Source: an uncultured bacterium (lineage in GTDB: Bacteria > Actinomycetota > Coriobacteriia > Coriobacteriales > Coriobacteriaceae). Taken from it: 34,923 bases of DNA. How positions within the stretch are numbered: the first letter of the stretch is position 1; each line of letters begins with the position of its first letter. The notes beneath the pieces are model-generated. The model did no database searches. It was not told where the DNA came from and worked only from the letters and a program-made list of their open reading frames with translations. The position numbers and the translations under genes were made by a program. The stretch covers positions 1 to 34,923 of the forward strand of contig CAJMSO010000001.1 in NCBI GenBank assembly GCA_905216075.1, read 5' to 3'. Below are positions 10,547 to 18,441 of the stretch, piece after piece.

Positions 10547-10896
10547 ACTGATATACATGATTGCGTGATTTTCAACCATTTATTTCGCCATGATTGCATG
10601 CTGGTTTCGGGTTTTATTAACGCTAAAACGTTTGACTAGTCATGGTGAACAACCCTGCTATCCTGCGGGTTGACGAAGACTGATATCTCACCTCGTCGAT
10701 ACATACTGTCTGGCGAATCATTTGTCAATGAATTCGGTGAACGGTAGTAAATACCGTTCAAGCGTATGTATGTATCGGTCGCCGAGCGCGGCACCTCAGT
10801 TGGGTTCGTCGGTAGGTAAGGTATATATCGTCCGCAAGTTGCGCGGGGGCAAGTCTAGGTGCTCCCGAGTAAGATTCTCTATTGATAGGAGAAGAC
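10547..10896 (+). promoter_or_regulatory. Control region of the sialic-acid operon
   Basis: AT-rich 365-nt gap after uvrC. Contains an extended -10-like TGcTATCCT (10656-10664), direct repeats CATGATTGC and ACTGATAT, TAAAACGTTT and nested inverted repeats. Confidence 0.6.
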
Positions 10897-12510
10897 ATGG
10901 CCATCATCAACAAGGGTATGTCCAGGCGTTCGTTCCTCGGCCTCACCGGCAGCGTCGCTGCTGTCGCCGGCCTTGGTCTCACTGGCTGCGGTGGCAGCTC
11001 TAGCGACGAGGGTTCCGCTTCCGGCTCCACCGATTCCGCCAACCGTGGCGGCGGTGTGATCACCGCTGGTTCCGCTTACGCTCCGTCCAGCTTCGATCCC
11101 GCCAGCACCGGCTCCGCTGTGGGCCTGGGTGCTAACTGGCACGTCGTCGAGGGCCTCTACGGCATCGATTACCACGACTACAGCACCTTCAACGAGCTCG
11201 CCACCGACGATCCCAAGTCTGTGGACGACACCACTTTCGAGGTCACCATCCGCAAGGGCGCCAAGTTCTCCGATGGCACCGAGGTCACCGCTGACGATGT
11301 CGTTGCCTCCTACACCGCTTGCGCCGCTTCCGCTACCTATGCTCCGTTCTTCCAGCCCTTCGAGTCCATCGAGGCCAAGGACGCCAGCACCGTGACGGTC
11401 AAGACCAAGGTCCCCAACTTCTCCCTGCTCAAGGATCGTCTGGCCATCGTCCGCGTTACCCCGGCCACCCAGACCGAGGAGGATCGCGCCAAGCAGCCGA
11501 TCGGCTCCGGCCCCTGGATGTACGACTCTATCTCCGATACCGAGATCACCCTGGTTCCCAACCCCGAGTACAACGGTGAGTATGCTGCCGAGGATAAGAA
11601 GATCCAGTACAGCATCCTGACCGACCCCACTGCTCGCGTTACCGCTCAGCAGGAGGGCTCCACGCTCGTTATGGAGCTCGTTACCGCTGACGCCGTCGAC
11701 CAGCTCGAGAGCGCCGGCTGCAAGATTGACAACGTTCAGGGTTTCGGCACCCGCTTCATCATGTTCAACGTCGCCAAGGAGCCTTGGAACAACGTCAAGG
11801 TCCGTCAGGCTGTCATGTATGCGCTCGACACCGAGAAGATGGTCAGCAACACCTTCGCCGGCCTTGCCACCGCTGCCAGCTGCTACCTGCCCAAGAGCTT
11901 CACCAACTATCATGAGGCTTCCACGGTGTACAAGACCGACACCAAGAAGGCTAAGAAGCTCATCGAGGAGTCTGGCATCACCCCGGGTGCCATCACCCTG
12001 CGCACCACCGACAACGAGCAGATTAAGGGCATGGCCGCCCAGGTCAAGAACGACCTCGACGCTCTCGGCTTCGATGTGACCATCCAGACCGATACCTCGC
12101 CGGCCACCTACGCCGCCATCGACGGCGGCGAGGCCTACGATATCCTCCTTGCCCCTGGCGATCCTTCCTGCTTCGGCGCCGACCCCGACCTGCTGCTCAA
12201 CTGGTGGTACGGCGACAACGTCTGGATGCAGACCCGTTGCCCGTGGAAGGAGTCCGCTGAGTGGCAGAAGCTCCACGGTCTCATGGACGAGGCTCTTGCC
12301 GCCGAGGGCGACGAGCAGCAGAAGAAGTGGAACGAGTGTTTCGACATCATTGCCGACAACGCCGTTCTGTACCCCGTTGTCCACGTCAAGACCGTCTCCG
12401 CTTCTTGGGACGATCCGTCCACTGCGCCCAATGGCGAGGCCCTCGATGGTTTCAAGGGCATCGGCACGACGAGCATGTCCTTCAGGGGCGTTGCGACCGT
12501 CAAGGCGTAA
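10897..12510 (+). CDS. Family-5 (Opp/Dpp-type) ABC solute-binding lipoprotein, probably sialic-acid binding (NanB/SiaE-like)
   Basis: Tat motif SRRSFLG plus lipobox LTGC; SBP_bac_5 motifs (KFSDGTEVTADDV, PIGSGPW, VRQAVMYALD); first gene of the nan cluster; AGGAG RBS. Confidence 0.85.
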   Translation: MAIINKGMSRRSFLGLTGSVAAVAGLGLTGCGGSSSDEGSASGSTDSANRGGGVITAGSAYAPSSFDPASTGSAVGLGANWHVVEGLYGIDYHDYSTFNELATDDPKSVDDTTFEVTIRKGAKFSDGTEVTADDVVASYTACAASATYAPFFQPFESIEAKDASTVTVKTKVPNFSLLKDRLAIVRVTPATQTEEDRAKQPIGSGPWMYDSISDTEITLVPNPEYNGEYAAEDKKIQYSILTDPTARVTAQQEGSTLVMELVTADAVDQLESAGCKIDNVQGFGTRFIMFNVAKEPWNNVKVRQAVMYALDTEKMVSNTFAGLATAASCYLPKSFTNYHEASTVYKTDTKKAKKLIEESGITPGAITLRTTDNEQIKGMAAQVKNDLDALGFDVTIQTDTSPATYAAIDGGEAYDILLAPGDPSCFGADPDLLLNWWYGDNVWMQTRCPWKESAEWQKLHGLMDEALAAEGDEQQKKWNECFDIIADNAVLYPVVHVKTVSASWDDPSTAPNGEALDGFKGIGTTSMSFRGVATVKA

Positions 12511-12648
12511 GACTCGCTTGAGTCTATATGCAGGATGTCGGTCGTTGGGACCGTATCCTCATAGTTGAAACAAAGACCCGGGCGGCAACGATGTCGCTCG
12601 GGTCTTGTAATGAGTATCCGTACTCATATACCAGTTGGTCCTACCGAC
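12510..12648 (+). other. Tandem hairpin array between the SBP and permease genes
   Basis: Five consecutive stem-loops at 12510-12525, 12527-12563, 12573-12606, 12610-12627 and 12634-12648. Confidence 0.6.
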
Positions 12649-12667
12649 AAAAGAAAGGGGAGAGAAC

Positions 12668-13624
12668 GTGAACAACTTGCTACGTTTGATTGGAAGGCGT
12701 CTTGTGGCGCTGCCGATCATGGCATTGGGCGTCACCGTCCTGGTGTTCTTCCTTATGTCGTTCTCCAAGACCGACCCCGCCTACACGGCGTTGGGTGACG
12801 GTGCCTCGCCCGAGGCGGTTGCCGAGTACCATGAGAAGTATGGTCTGGACGACCCCTGGCCCGTGCGCTACGTGCGCTATATGGGCGATTTGATCCATGG
12901 CGACATGGGCACCTATGGTGCTGCTCGCAACTCCGTTGCCAAGCGCATCTCCACGGCCCTGCCCGTCACGATGCAGCTGACCTTCATCGGTCTTGCCATC
13001 GGTGCGGTCGTTTCGTTTTTGCTCGGCGTCATCGCGGCACTGTATCGCGACAAATGGCCGGACCAAGTGATCCGCGTCTTTTCCATCGCCGGCTTGGCAA
13101 CCCCGTCGTTCTGGCTTGCCGTTCTGTTGATCCTGTTGTTCTCTTCCTACCTTAAGGTGCTCCCGGCATCGGGTGCTCTGCCTCACTTCACCACGAATCC
13201 GGTTGGCTATCTGGGACGTATGATCATGCCCGCTATCGCCTTGGCATTTCCGCTGACGGGCCAGATGACTCGTATCGTGCGTACCGCCATGGTCGAGGAG
13301 CTCGACAAGGATTATGTCCGTATGGCTCGCGGCGCCGGCGTTCCCGAGAAGGTCGTCGTCGGCATCAACGTTCTTCGCAATGCGCTGATCACCCCGGTCA
13401 CCACCCTCGGTCTTAAGATCGGTTACCTCATGGGCGGCGCCGTCGTCATCGAGGTTATCTTCAACCTCCCCGGCATGGGCACTGCGATTCTGCAGGGCGT
13501 TCAGGGCAATGAGGCGAACCTGGTTCAGGGCGTCGTTATCGTCGTTGCTCTTGCCTTCATCATCATCAACATCGTGGTTGACATGCTCTACCTGCTCATC
13601 AACCCGCGCATCAGGACGGTGTAG
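12668..13624 (+). CDS. ABC permease, DppB/OppB type (NanC/SiaF-like)
   Basis: YGLDDP..RY..Y..GDMG, PSFWLA, EAA-loop DYVRMARGAG, LRNALI, NPRIR. GTG start after a purine-rich RBS. Confidence 0.9.
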   Translation: MNNLLRLIGRRLVALPIMALGVTVLVFFLMSFSKTDPAYTALGDGASPEAVAEYHEKYGLDDPWPVRYVRYMGDLIHGDMGTYGAARNSVAKRISTALPVTMQLTFIGLAIGAVVSFLLGVIAALYRDKWPDQVIRVFSIAGLATPSFWLAVLLILLFSSYLKVLPASGALPHFTTNPVGYLGRMIMPAIALAFPLTGQMTRIVRTAMVEELDKDYVRMARGAGVPEKVVVGINVLRNALITPVTTLGLKIGYLMGGAVVIEVIFNLPGMGTAILQGVQGNEANLVQGVVIVVALAFIIINIVVDMLYLLINPRIRTV

Positions 13625-13627
13625 ATT

Positions 13628-15643
13628 ATGGTAAAGATTCGAGAGAAGCAAACCGAGCAGCTCGAGAAGGCTGCCTCCAAGGGGCTCAAGCTCGGTGGCT
13701 GGAAGAAGATGACGCTGTCTTCTAAGATTGCCGCCGTCGTGCTGGTGCTGGTCGCCCTGACTGCGATCCTGGCGCCCCTTCTTGCCCCCTATAGCCCGGT
13801 CGAGATCTTTACGGCTCGCCAGGCTCCCGGCAACGGATTTATCTTCGGTACCGACGATAAGGGTCGCGACATTCTGTCGCGTATGCTCTACGGTGGTCGT
13901 TACTCGCTGATTATCGGCTTTGGCGCCACTGCCATGGCTCTGGTCTGCGGCTCGGTCGTGGGCGCCCTTGCAGCGGTTTCGCGCAAGGCCGTCTCCGAGA
14001 CGATCATGCGTATCCTGGACATTATCATGTCCATCCCGGGCATCGCCCTCGCGGCCGTCTTCGTCTCCATCCTGGGCAACTCCGTGCCGTCGATCATCTT
14101 CGCCATCGGCTTTATGTACACTCCGCAGATTGCCCGTATCGTACGCGCCAACATCGTGTCCGAGTACGGCGAGGACTATGTCCGCGCGGTCATCGTTTCC
14201 GGCGCCAAGGCTCCGTGGATTTTGATCAAGCATGTTCTGCGTAACTGCATCGCCCCGATCATGGTCTTCACCGTTACCCTGGTCGCCGACGCCATCATCT
14301 TCGAGGCCTCGCTGACCTTCATCGGCGCTGGTATCCAGGAGCCCACCGCTACCTGGGGCAACATCCTCGCCGACGCCCGCGGCGGCGTGCTCGCCGGCCG
14401 TTGGTGGCAGGCGCTGTTCCCGGGTCTGGCCATCATGATCACCTGCCTGGCGCTCAACATCCTCTCCGAGGGCATTACCGACGCCATGGCCGCTGCTCCC
14501 TCCGCTGCCCTGGATCCTACCGATTCCTCCAAGCGTCGCGAGGCCGACCTGCTGGTCTCCGACCCCGTTCGCGCCTACAAGGAGCAGGCCCAGTCCCTCT
14601 CCGCTCGCCTTGGCGCCCTGCGCGATGTCGAGCTCAAGCGTGACGATCGCCATGTGCCCGACGAGTCTGTCGAACCGATTCTCTCGGTCCGTGACTTCTG
14701 CATCCAGTTTGAGCATCACGGTGATATCAACGTCGTCGACCATGTCAACTTTGACGTCCGTCCTGGTCAGACTATGGGCCTGGTGGGCGAGTCCGGTTGC
14801 GGTAAGTCCATCACCACGCTGGCCATCATGGGCCTGACCGATGAGGACGAGCACCTTTCCGGCGAGGTCCTCTGGGAGGGCCGTGACCTGCTCAAGATGA
14901 GCAAGAAGGAGTGGTTCGGCCTGCGCGGTACCGATATCGCTATGGTCTATCAGGACGCCCTGTCCTCGCTTAACCCCTCCATGCTCATCTCTGCCCAGAT
15001 GAAGCAGCTCACCAAGCGCGGCGGAACCCGCAGCGCCGAGGAGCTCCTGGAGCTCGTCGGCCTCGATCCCAAGCGCACGCTCGAGAGCTATCCGCACGAG
15101 CTTTCCGGCGGCCAGCGTCAGCGTGTCCTGATCGCTATGGCCCTTACCCGCGACCCCAAGCTGGTCATCTGCGACGAGCCCACGACCGCTCTGGACGTTA
15201 CCGTCCAGAAGCAGGTCATCAAGCTGCTCAACGATCTTCAGGCCAAGCTCGGCTTTGCCATGATCTTCGTTTCGCATGACCTGGCTCTGGTCGCCGAGGT
15301 TGCCCATAACATCACGGTTATGTACGCTGGCCAGGTTATCGAGCAGGCACCCACCAAGGAGCTGCTCACCAACCCGATCCACGAGTACACCCGCGGTCTT
15401 CTGGGTTCCGTTCTGTCCATCGAGAGCGGTTCGGGTCGCCTGCACCAGGTGCCCGGCGCCGTTCCGAGCCCGCGCGATTTCCCCAAGGGCGATCGCTTCG
15501 CGCCCCGCTCGAGCCACCCGCGTATTGGCCTGGACACCCGTCCGGTCTTCAAGCGCGTGCCCGGCACCGAGCACTTCTATTCCGAGCTCCCCGACGAGGT
15601 GCTCAAGGCAAATGGTTTGACCCCTCACGCGGAGGTGATGTAG
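13628..15643 (+). CDS. Fused ABC permease (DppC) and ATPase (DppD) (NanD/SiaG-like)
   Basis: N-terminal half FGTDDKGRDILSR...ATWGNIL; C-terminal half [28 protein letters not shown]. Confidence 0.92.
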   Translation: MVKIREKQTEQLEKAASKGLKLGGWKKMTLSSKIAAVVLVLVALTAILAPLLAPYSPVEIFTARQAPGNGFIFGTDDKGRDILSRMLYGGRYSLIIGFGATAMALVCGSVVGALAAVSRKAVSETIMRILDIIMSIPGIALAAVFVSILGNSVPSIIFAIGFMYTPQIARIVRANIVSEYGEDYVRAVIVSGAKAPWILIKHVLRNCIAPIMVFTVTLVADAIIFEASLTFIGAGIQEPTATWGNILADARGGVLAGRWWQALFPGLAIMITCLALNILSEGITDAMAAAPSAALDPTDSSKRREADLLVSDPVRAYKEQAQSLSARLGALRDVELKRDDRHVPDESVEPILSVRDFCIQFEHHGDINVVDHVNFDVRPGQTMGLVGESGCGKSITTLAIMGLTDEDEHLSGEVLWEGRDLLKMSKKEWFGLRGTDIAMVYQDALSSLNPSMLISAQMKQLTKRGGTRSAEELLELVGLDPKRTLESYPHELSGGQRQRVLIAMALTRDPKLVICDEPTTALDVTVQKQVIKLLNDLQAKLGFAMIFVSHDLALVAEVAHNITVMYAGQVIEQAPTKELLTNPIHEYTRGLLGSVLSIESGSGRLHQVPGAVPSPRDFPKGDRFAPRSSHPRIGLDTRPVFKRVPGTEHFYSELPDEVLKANGLTPHAEVM

Positions 15644-16471
15644 ATGAGCGAGACCGCAGTAAACGGCGTCGAGCCGATCATCTTCCTTGATGACGTCCAC
15701 GTCACCTTTAGGACCCGTACCGGCTCGATTCTGCACCCCAACCTGGTTCACGCCGTCCAGGGTGTAACGATTAAGCTCATGCCCGGTCAGACGATTGGCA
15801 TCGTCGGCGAGTCCGGTTGCGGTAAGTCCACCACCGCTAACGTCATGTGCGGCCTGCAGGCCCCCACGAGCGGCAAGGTCTACTTTAAGGGCAAGGACGT
15901 TACCAAACGTACCGCCGAGGACCGTCGCCACATGGGTCGCGTCATCTCGGTCGTGTTCCAGAACCCGGCCACGGCGCTCAACCCCCGCATGGTCGTTCGC
16001 GAGCAGCTGCTCGACCCCATGCGCGTCCACAACCTGGGTACCGAGGCCGAGCAGGAGAAGCGCGTCAAGGAACTCTTGGAGCTCACCGGTCTGCCCAGCT
16101 CCGCTGCCGAGGTTCTTCCCGGCCAGCTTTCGGGCGGCCAGCGTCAGCGCGTCGCAATTGCCCGTGCCCTGTCGCTGAACCCCGATGCCATCATCGCCGA
16201 CGAGCCCACCTCGGCTCTGGACGTTTCGGTCCGCGCGCAGATTCTGAACCTGCTGACCGACCTTAAGAAGGAGCTCGGCCTGGCCATGGTGTTCATCAGC
16301 CATGACATCCAGACGGTCCGCTATATCTCTGACGACATCATCGTTATGAATGGCGGCAAGATCGTCGAGCAGGGCGAGGCCAAGCAGGTCTTCCAGCACC
16401 CCCAGGACCCCTACACCAAGATGCTGCTCGGCGCTGCGCCGTCGCTGCTGCATCCCAAGCTCGGCGAGTAG
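15644..16471 (+). CDS. ABC ATPase, DppF type (NanF/SiaI-like)
   Basis: [28 protein letters not shown]. Confidence 0.92.
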   Translation: MSETAVNGVEPIIFLDDVHVTFRTRTGSILHPNLVHAVQGVTIKLMPGQTIGIVGESGCGKSTTANVMCGLQAPTSGKVYFKGKDVTKRTAEDRRHMGRVISVVFQNPATALNPRMVVREQLLDPMRVHNLGTEAEQEKRVKELLELTGLPSSAAEVLPGQLSGGQRQRVAIARALSLNPDAIIADEPTSALDVSVRAQILNLLTDLKKELGLAMVFISHDIQTVRYISDDIIVMNGGKIVEQGEAKQVFQHPQDPYTKMLLGAAPSLLHPKLGE

Positions 16472-16487
16472 CCTCGCTTTCCCTCCC

Positions 16488-16515
16488 GTGCGCCCGGTTC
16501 CCTTGCCGGGCGCAC
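16488..16515 (+). other. Intercistronic hairpin
   Basis: Perfect 10-bp stem GTGCGCCCGG/CCGGGCGCAC with no U tail. Confidence 0.55.
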
Positions 16516-16551
16516 CTCCGTTGCGATTTCGAAAGGTTGGGTTCACGAGCC

Positions 16552-17529
16552 ATGCCAAGTGCTCAGGAGCTACAACATCAATTTGGTGAATATCGAGGCG
16601 CCATGCCCCGTCCATCAGATTTCGATCTCTTTTGGAAGGATCGCATGGCCGAGGCCGACGCCGTCGGGCTTGACTATGCGATCGAGGCGGCATCGGTCAC
16701 CGACGCCGTGACCTGCCAGCTTTTCGACCTCTGGTATACCGGCATGTGTGGCGCTCGCCTTCATGCCAAGTACCTTAAACCCGTCTCGGACGAGCCCGTG
16801 CCGTTGGTACTTCAGTTCCATGGGTATCCAGGTGCAAGCCGCAGCTGGTTTGAGCAGGCATCGTTTGCGGGCATGGGCATGGCACTCATCGCCCTCGACT
16901 GCCCCGGCCAAGGAGGTCCCTCCGAGGACATTGGCGGATTTGAGGGCACAACGGTTGCGGGCCATATCGTCGCCGGTATCGACGGCGACCCGGCCAACCT
17001 CTACTATGTCCGCTTGCACCAAGATATTCGCATCCTGTGCCGCATCGTTCGCGAGCTCGAGGGCATCGATCTTGCCCGTGTGTTTGTGAACGGCGCGTCG
17101 CAGGGCGGCGGTTTGGGCATTGCGACCTGCGCACTTAACAGCGAGCTTATCAATCGCGCCGCCATCCTCTATCCCTTCCTGTCAGATTTCCGCCTGGTCT
17201 GGGATTTGGATGCCGACGACATTGCCTACGAGGGCCTGCGCTATTGGTCTCGCTGGTTTGACGAGGACTCGACTCGTATTGACGAAGCCTATGCCAAGCT
17301 GGCGTACTTCGATTCCAAGAACTTTGCCCCCATGGTCAAATGCCCTGTGCTGTTTGGCACAGGCACAGCCGATATTGTCTGTCCGCCAGCGACGCAGTTT
17401 GCGGTCTATAACAACCTGACCTGTGAAAAGTGTCATGAGTTCTTTGAAGGCTTTGGCCACGAGGAGATTCAGGATTTTGACGATCTGATCATTCCGTTTT
17501 TCTGCAAGGGAGGGGAGGCTCATGTCTAA
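16552..17529 (+). CDS. CE7/AXE1 acetyl esterase (cephalosporin-C deacetylase family); candidate sialate O-acetylesterase
   Basis: PSDFDLFW, FHGY, PGQ, GASQGG (Ser codon 17098-17100), D..CPPATQFAVYN, GHE. No signal peptide seen. Confidence 0.85.
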   Translation: MPSAQELQHQFGEYRGAMPRPSDFDLFWKDRMAEADAVGLDYAIEAASVTDAVTCQLFDLWYTGMCGARLHAKYLKPVSDEPVPLVLQFHGYPGASRSWFEQASFAGMGMALIALDCPGQGGPSEDIGGFEGTTVAGHIVAGIDGDPANLYYVRLHQDIRILCRIVRELEGIDLARVFVNGASQGGGLGIATCALNSELINRAAILYPFLSDFRLVWDLDADDIAYEGLRYWSRWFDEDSTRIDEAYAKLAYFDSKNFAPMVKCPVLFGTGTADIVCPPATQFAVYNNLTCEKCHEFFEGFGHEEIQDFDDLIIPFFCKGGEAHV

Positions 17530-18373
17530 GTGCGAGAGCAATGTCAATGAGCTGATTGTCCCCGGGCTCGTGGGAATTCCTGGAACGGTTTCGTCAAGGC
17601 TCGCAGAATATCGGGACTGGCGCGGTGATGTCCAAGCAGATGTTTCTGATTTAGAGACATGCGTTTCGAATCTTGAGATTCAAGGCCTGGCCATTACGGC
17701 GATTGATTTTGTTAACCCCTGCGCCCGTTACTCGGAGGTTTCCTTTGAGCTCGGTGACGATGCGATTCACGCTCGTTTGATCGAGCCTGTCGGTCGTGCC
17801 CGAGTATCTGAGCGCGTGCCGCTGTGCCTGATGTTCCACGACATCGATCGGCCTGTGCGCGGCTGGCATCACATGACGAGATTTGCCGCCATGGGGTATG
17901 CCGTCCTCGCGCTGGATGACGATGTTGCTGGTGCGGACGACCTGCGGCGGGGGATTTCTTCGCCCGCTTTTGTCGAGCGCGTCCGTTGGGGTTGCGCGCT
18001 GGCGAAGGTGGCGCGCAATCTTGATGGCATGGACCCCGACCGCATCTTTGCATGGGGCGAGGGCCTTGGCGGCGGAGTCGCGCTGGCGGTTTCTGCTCTG
18101 GACGAGCGGGGCCTTGCCTGCACGGCGGTTGCCAATCCAATTCCCGGTGGTCTCGAGGCGCTGTCGTCTCGGGTGCGCGGATCGGTGCTCATGGGCACAT
18201 CGCTTATGGATGCCGTGAGCGATCCCAAGGGCCAGTTTGCCGTGTTCAACGGTCTTGAGTGTGACCGGAGGCATATCATCTATGCCAAATACGCTCACGA
18301 GCGCATCAATGCGTTCGAAAACGAAGTCGTCGACTTTTTTAACCAAACGTTCTACTCGTGTTCTTTGGCCTAG
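17522..18373 (+). CDS. CE7/AXE1-like alpha/beta-hydrolase paralog lacking the catalytic Ser
   Basis: Aligns by eye to the upstream esterase (PLCLMFH, FAAMGYAVLALD, VLMG..D..QFAVFNGL..HE) but has GEGLGG at the nucleophile elbow. Overlaps the upstream gene by 8 nt and has a GGAGG RBS. Confidence 0.75.
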   Translation: MSKCESNVNELIVPGLVGIPGTVSSRLAEYRDWRGDVQADVSDLETCVSNLEIQGLAITAIDFVNPCARYSEVSFELGDDAIHARLIEPVGRARVSERVPLCLMFHDIDRPVRGWHHMTRFAAMGYAVLALDDDVAGADDLRRGISSPAFVERVRWGCALAKVARNLDGMDPDRIFAWGEGLGGGVALAVSALDERGLACTAVANPIPGGLEALSSRVRGSVLMGTSLMDAVSDPKGQFAVFNGLECDRRHIIYAKYAHERINAFENEVVDFFNQTFYSCSLA

Positions 18374-18441
18374 ACGGCCTGGACACTGCCAACAAGAGTG
18401 GGTGGCATAGGGCCGCCCGCCAGACAACTAAGGAGATTCTT

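Noticed and set aside
10811..10826. GGTAGGTAAGGTATA resembling E. coli NanR GGTATA repeats
   Set aside because: Only one exact hexamer with wrong spacing, a distant lineage, and equally explained as a -10 region.
10722..11003. 93-aa ORF overlapping the nan leader as a possible leader peptide
   Set aside because: TTG start without a clear RBS, overlaps the SBP gene out of frame, and has no telling codon runs.
12680..16693. 1337-aa antisense ORF spanning the nan ABC genes
   Set aside because: Shadow ORF from GC-rich codon bias of in-phase sense genes; no recognisable motifs or RBS.
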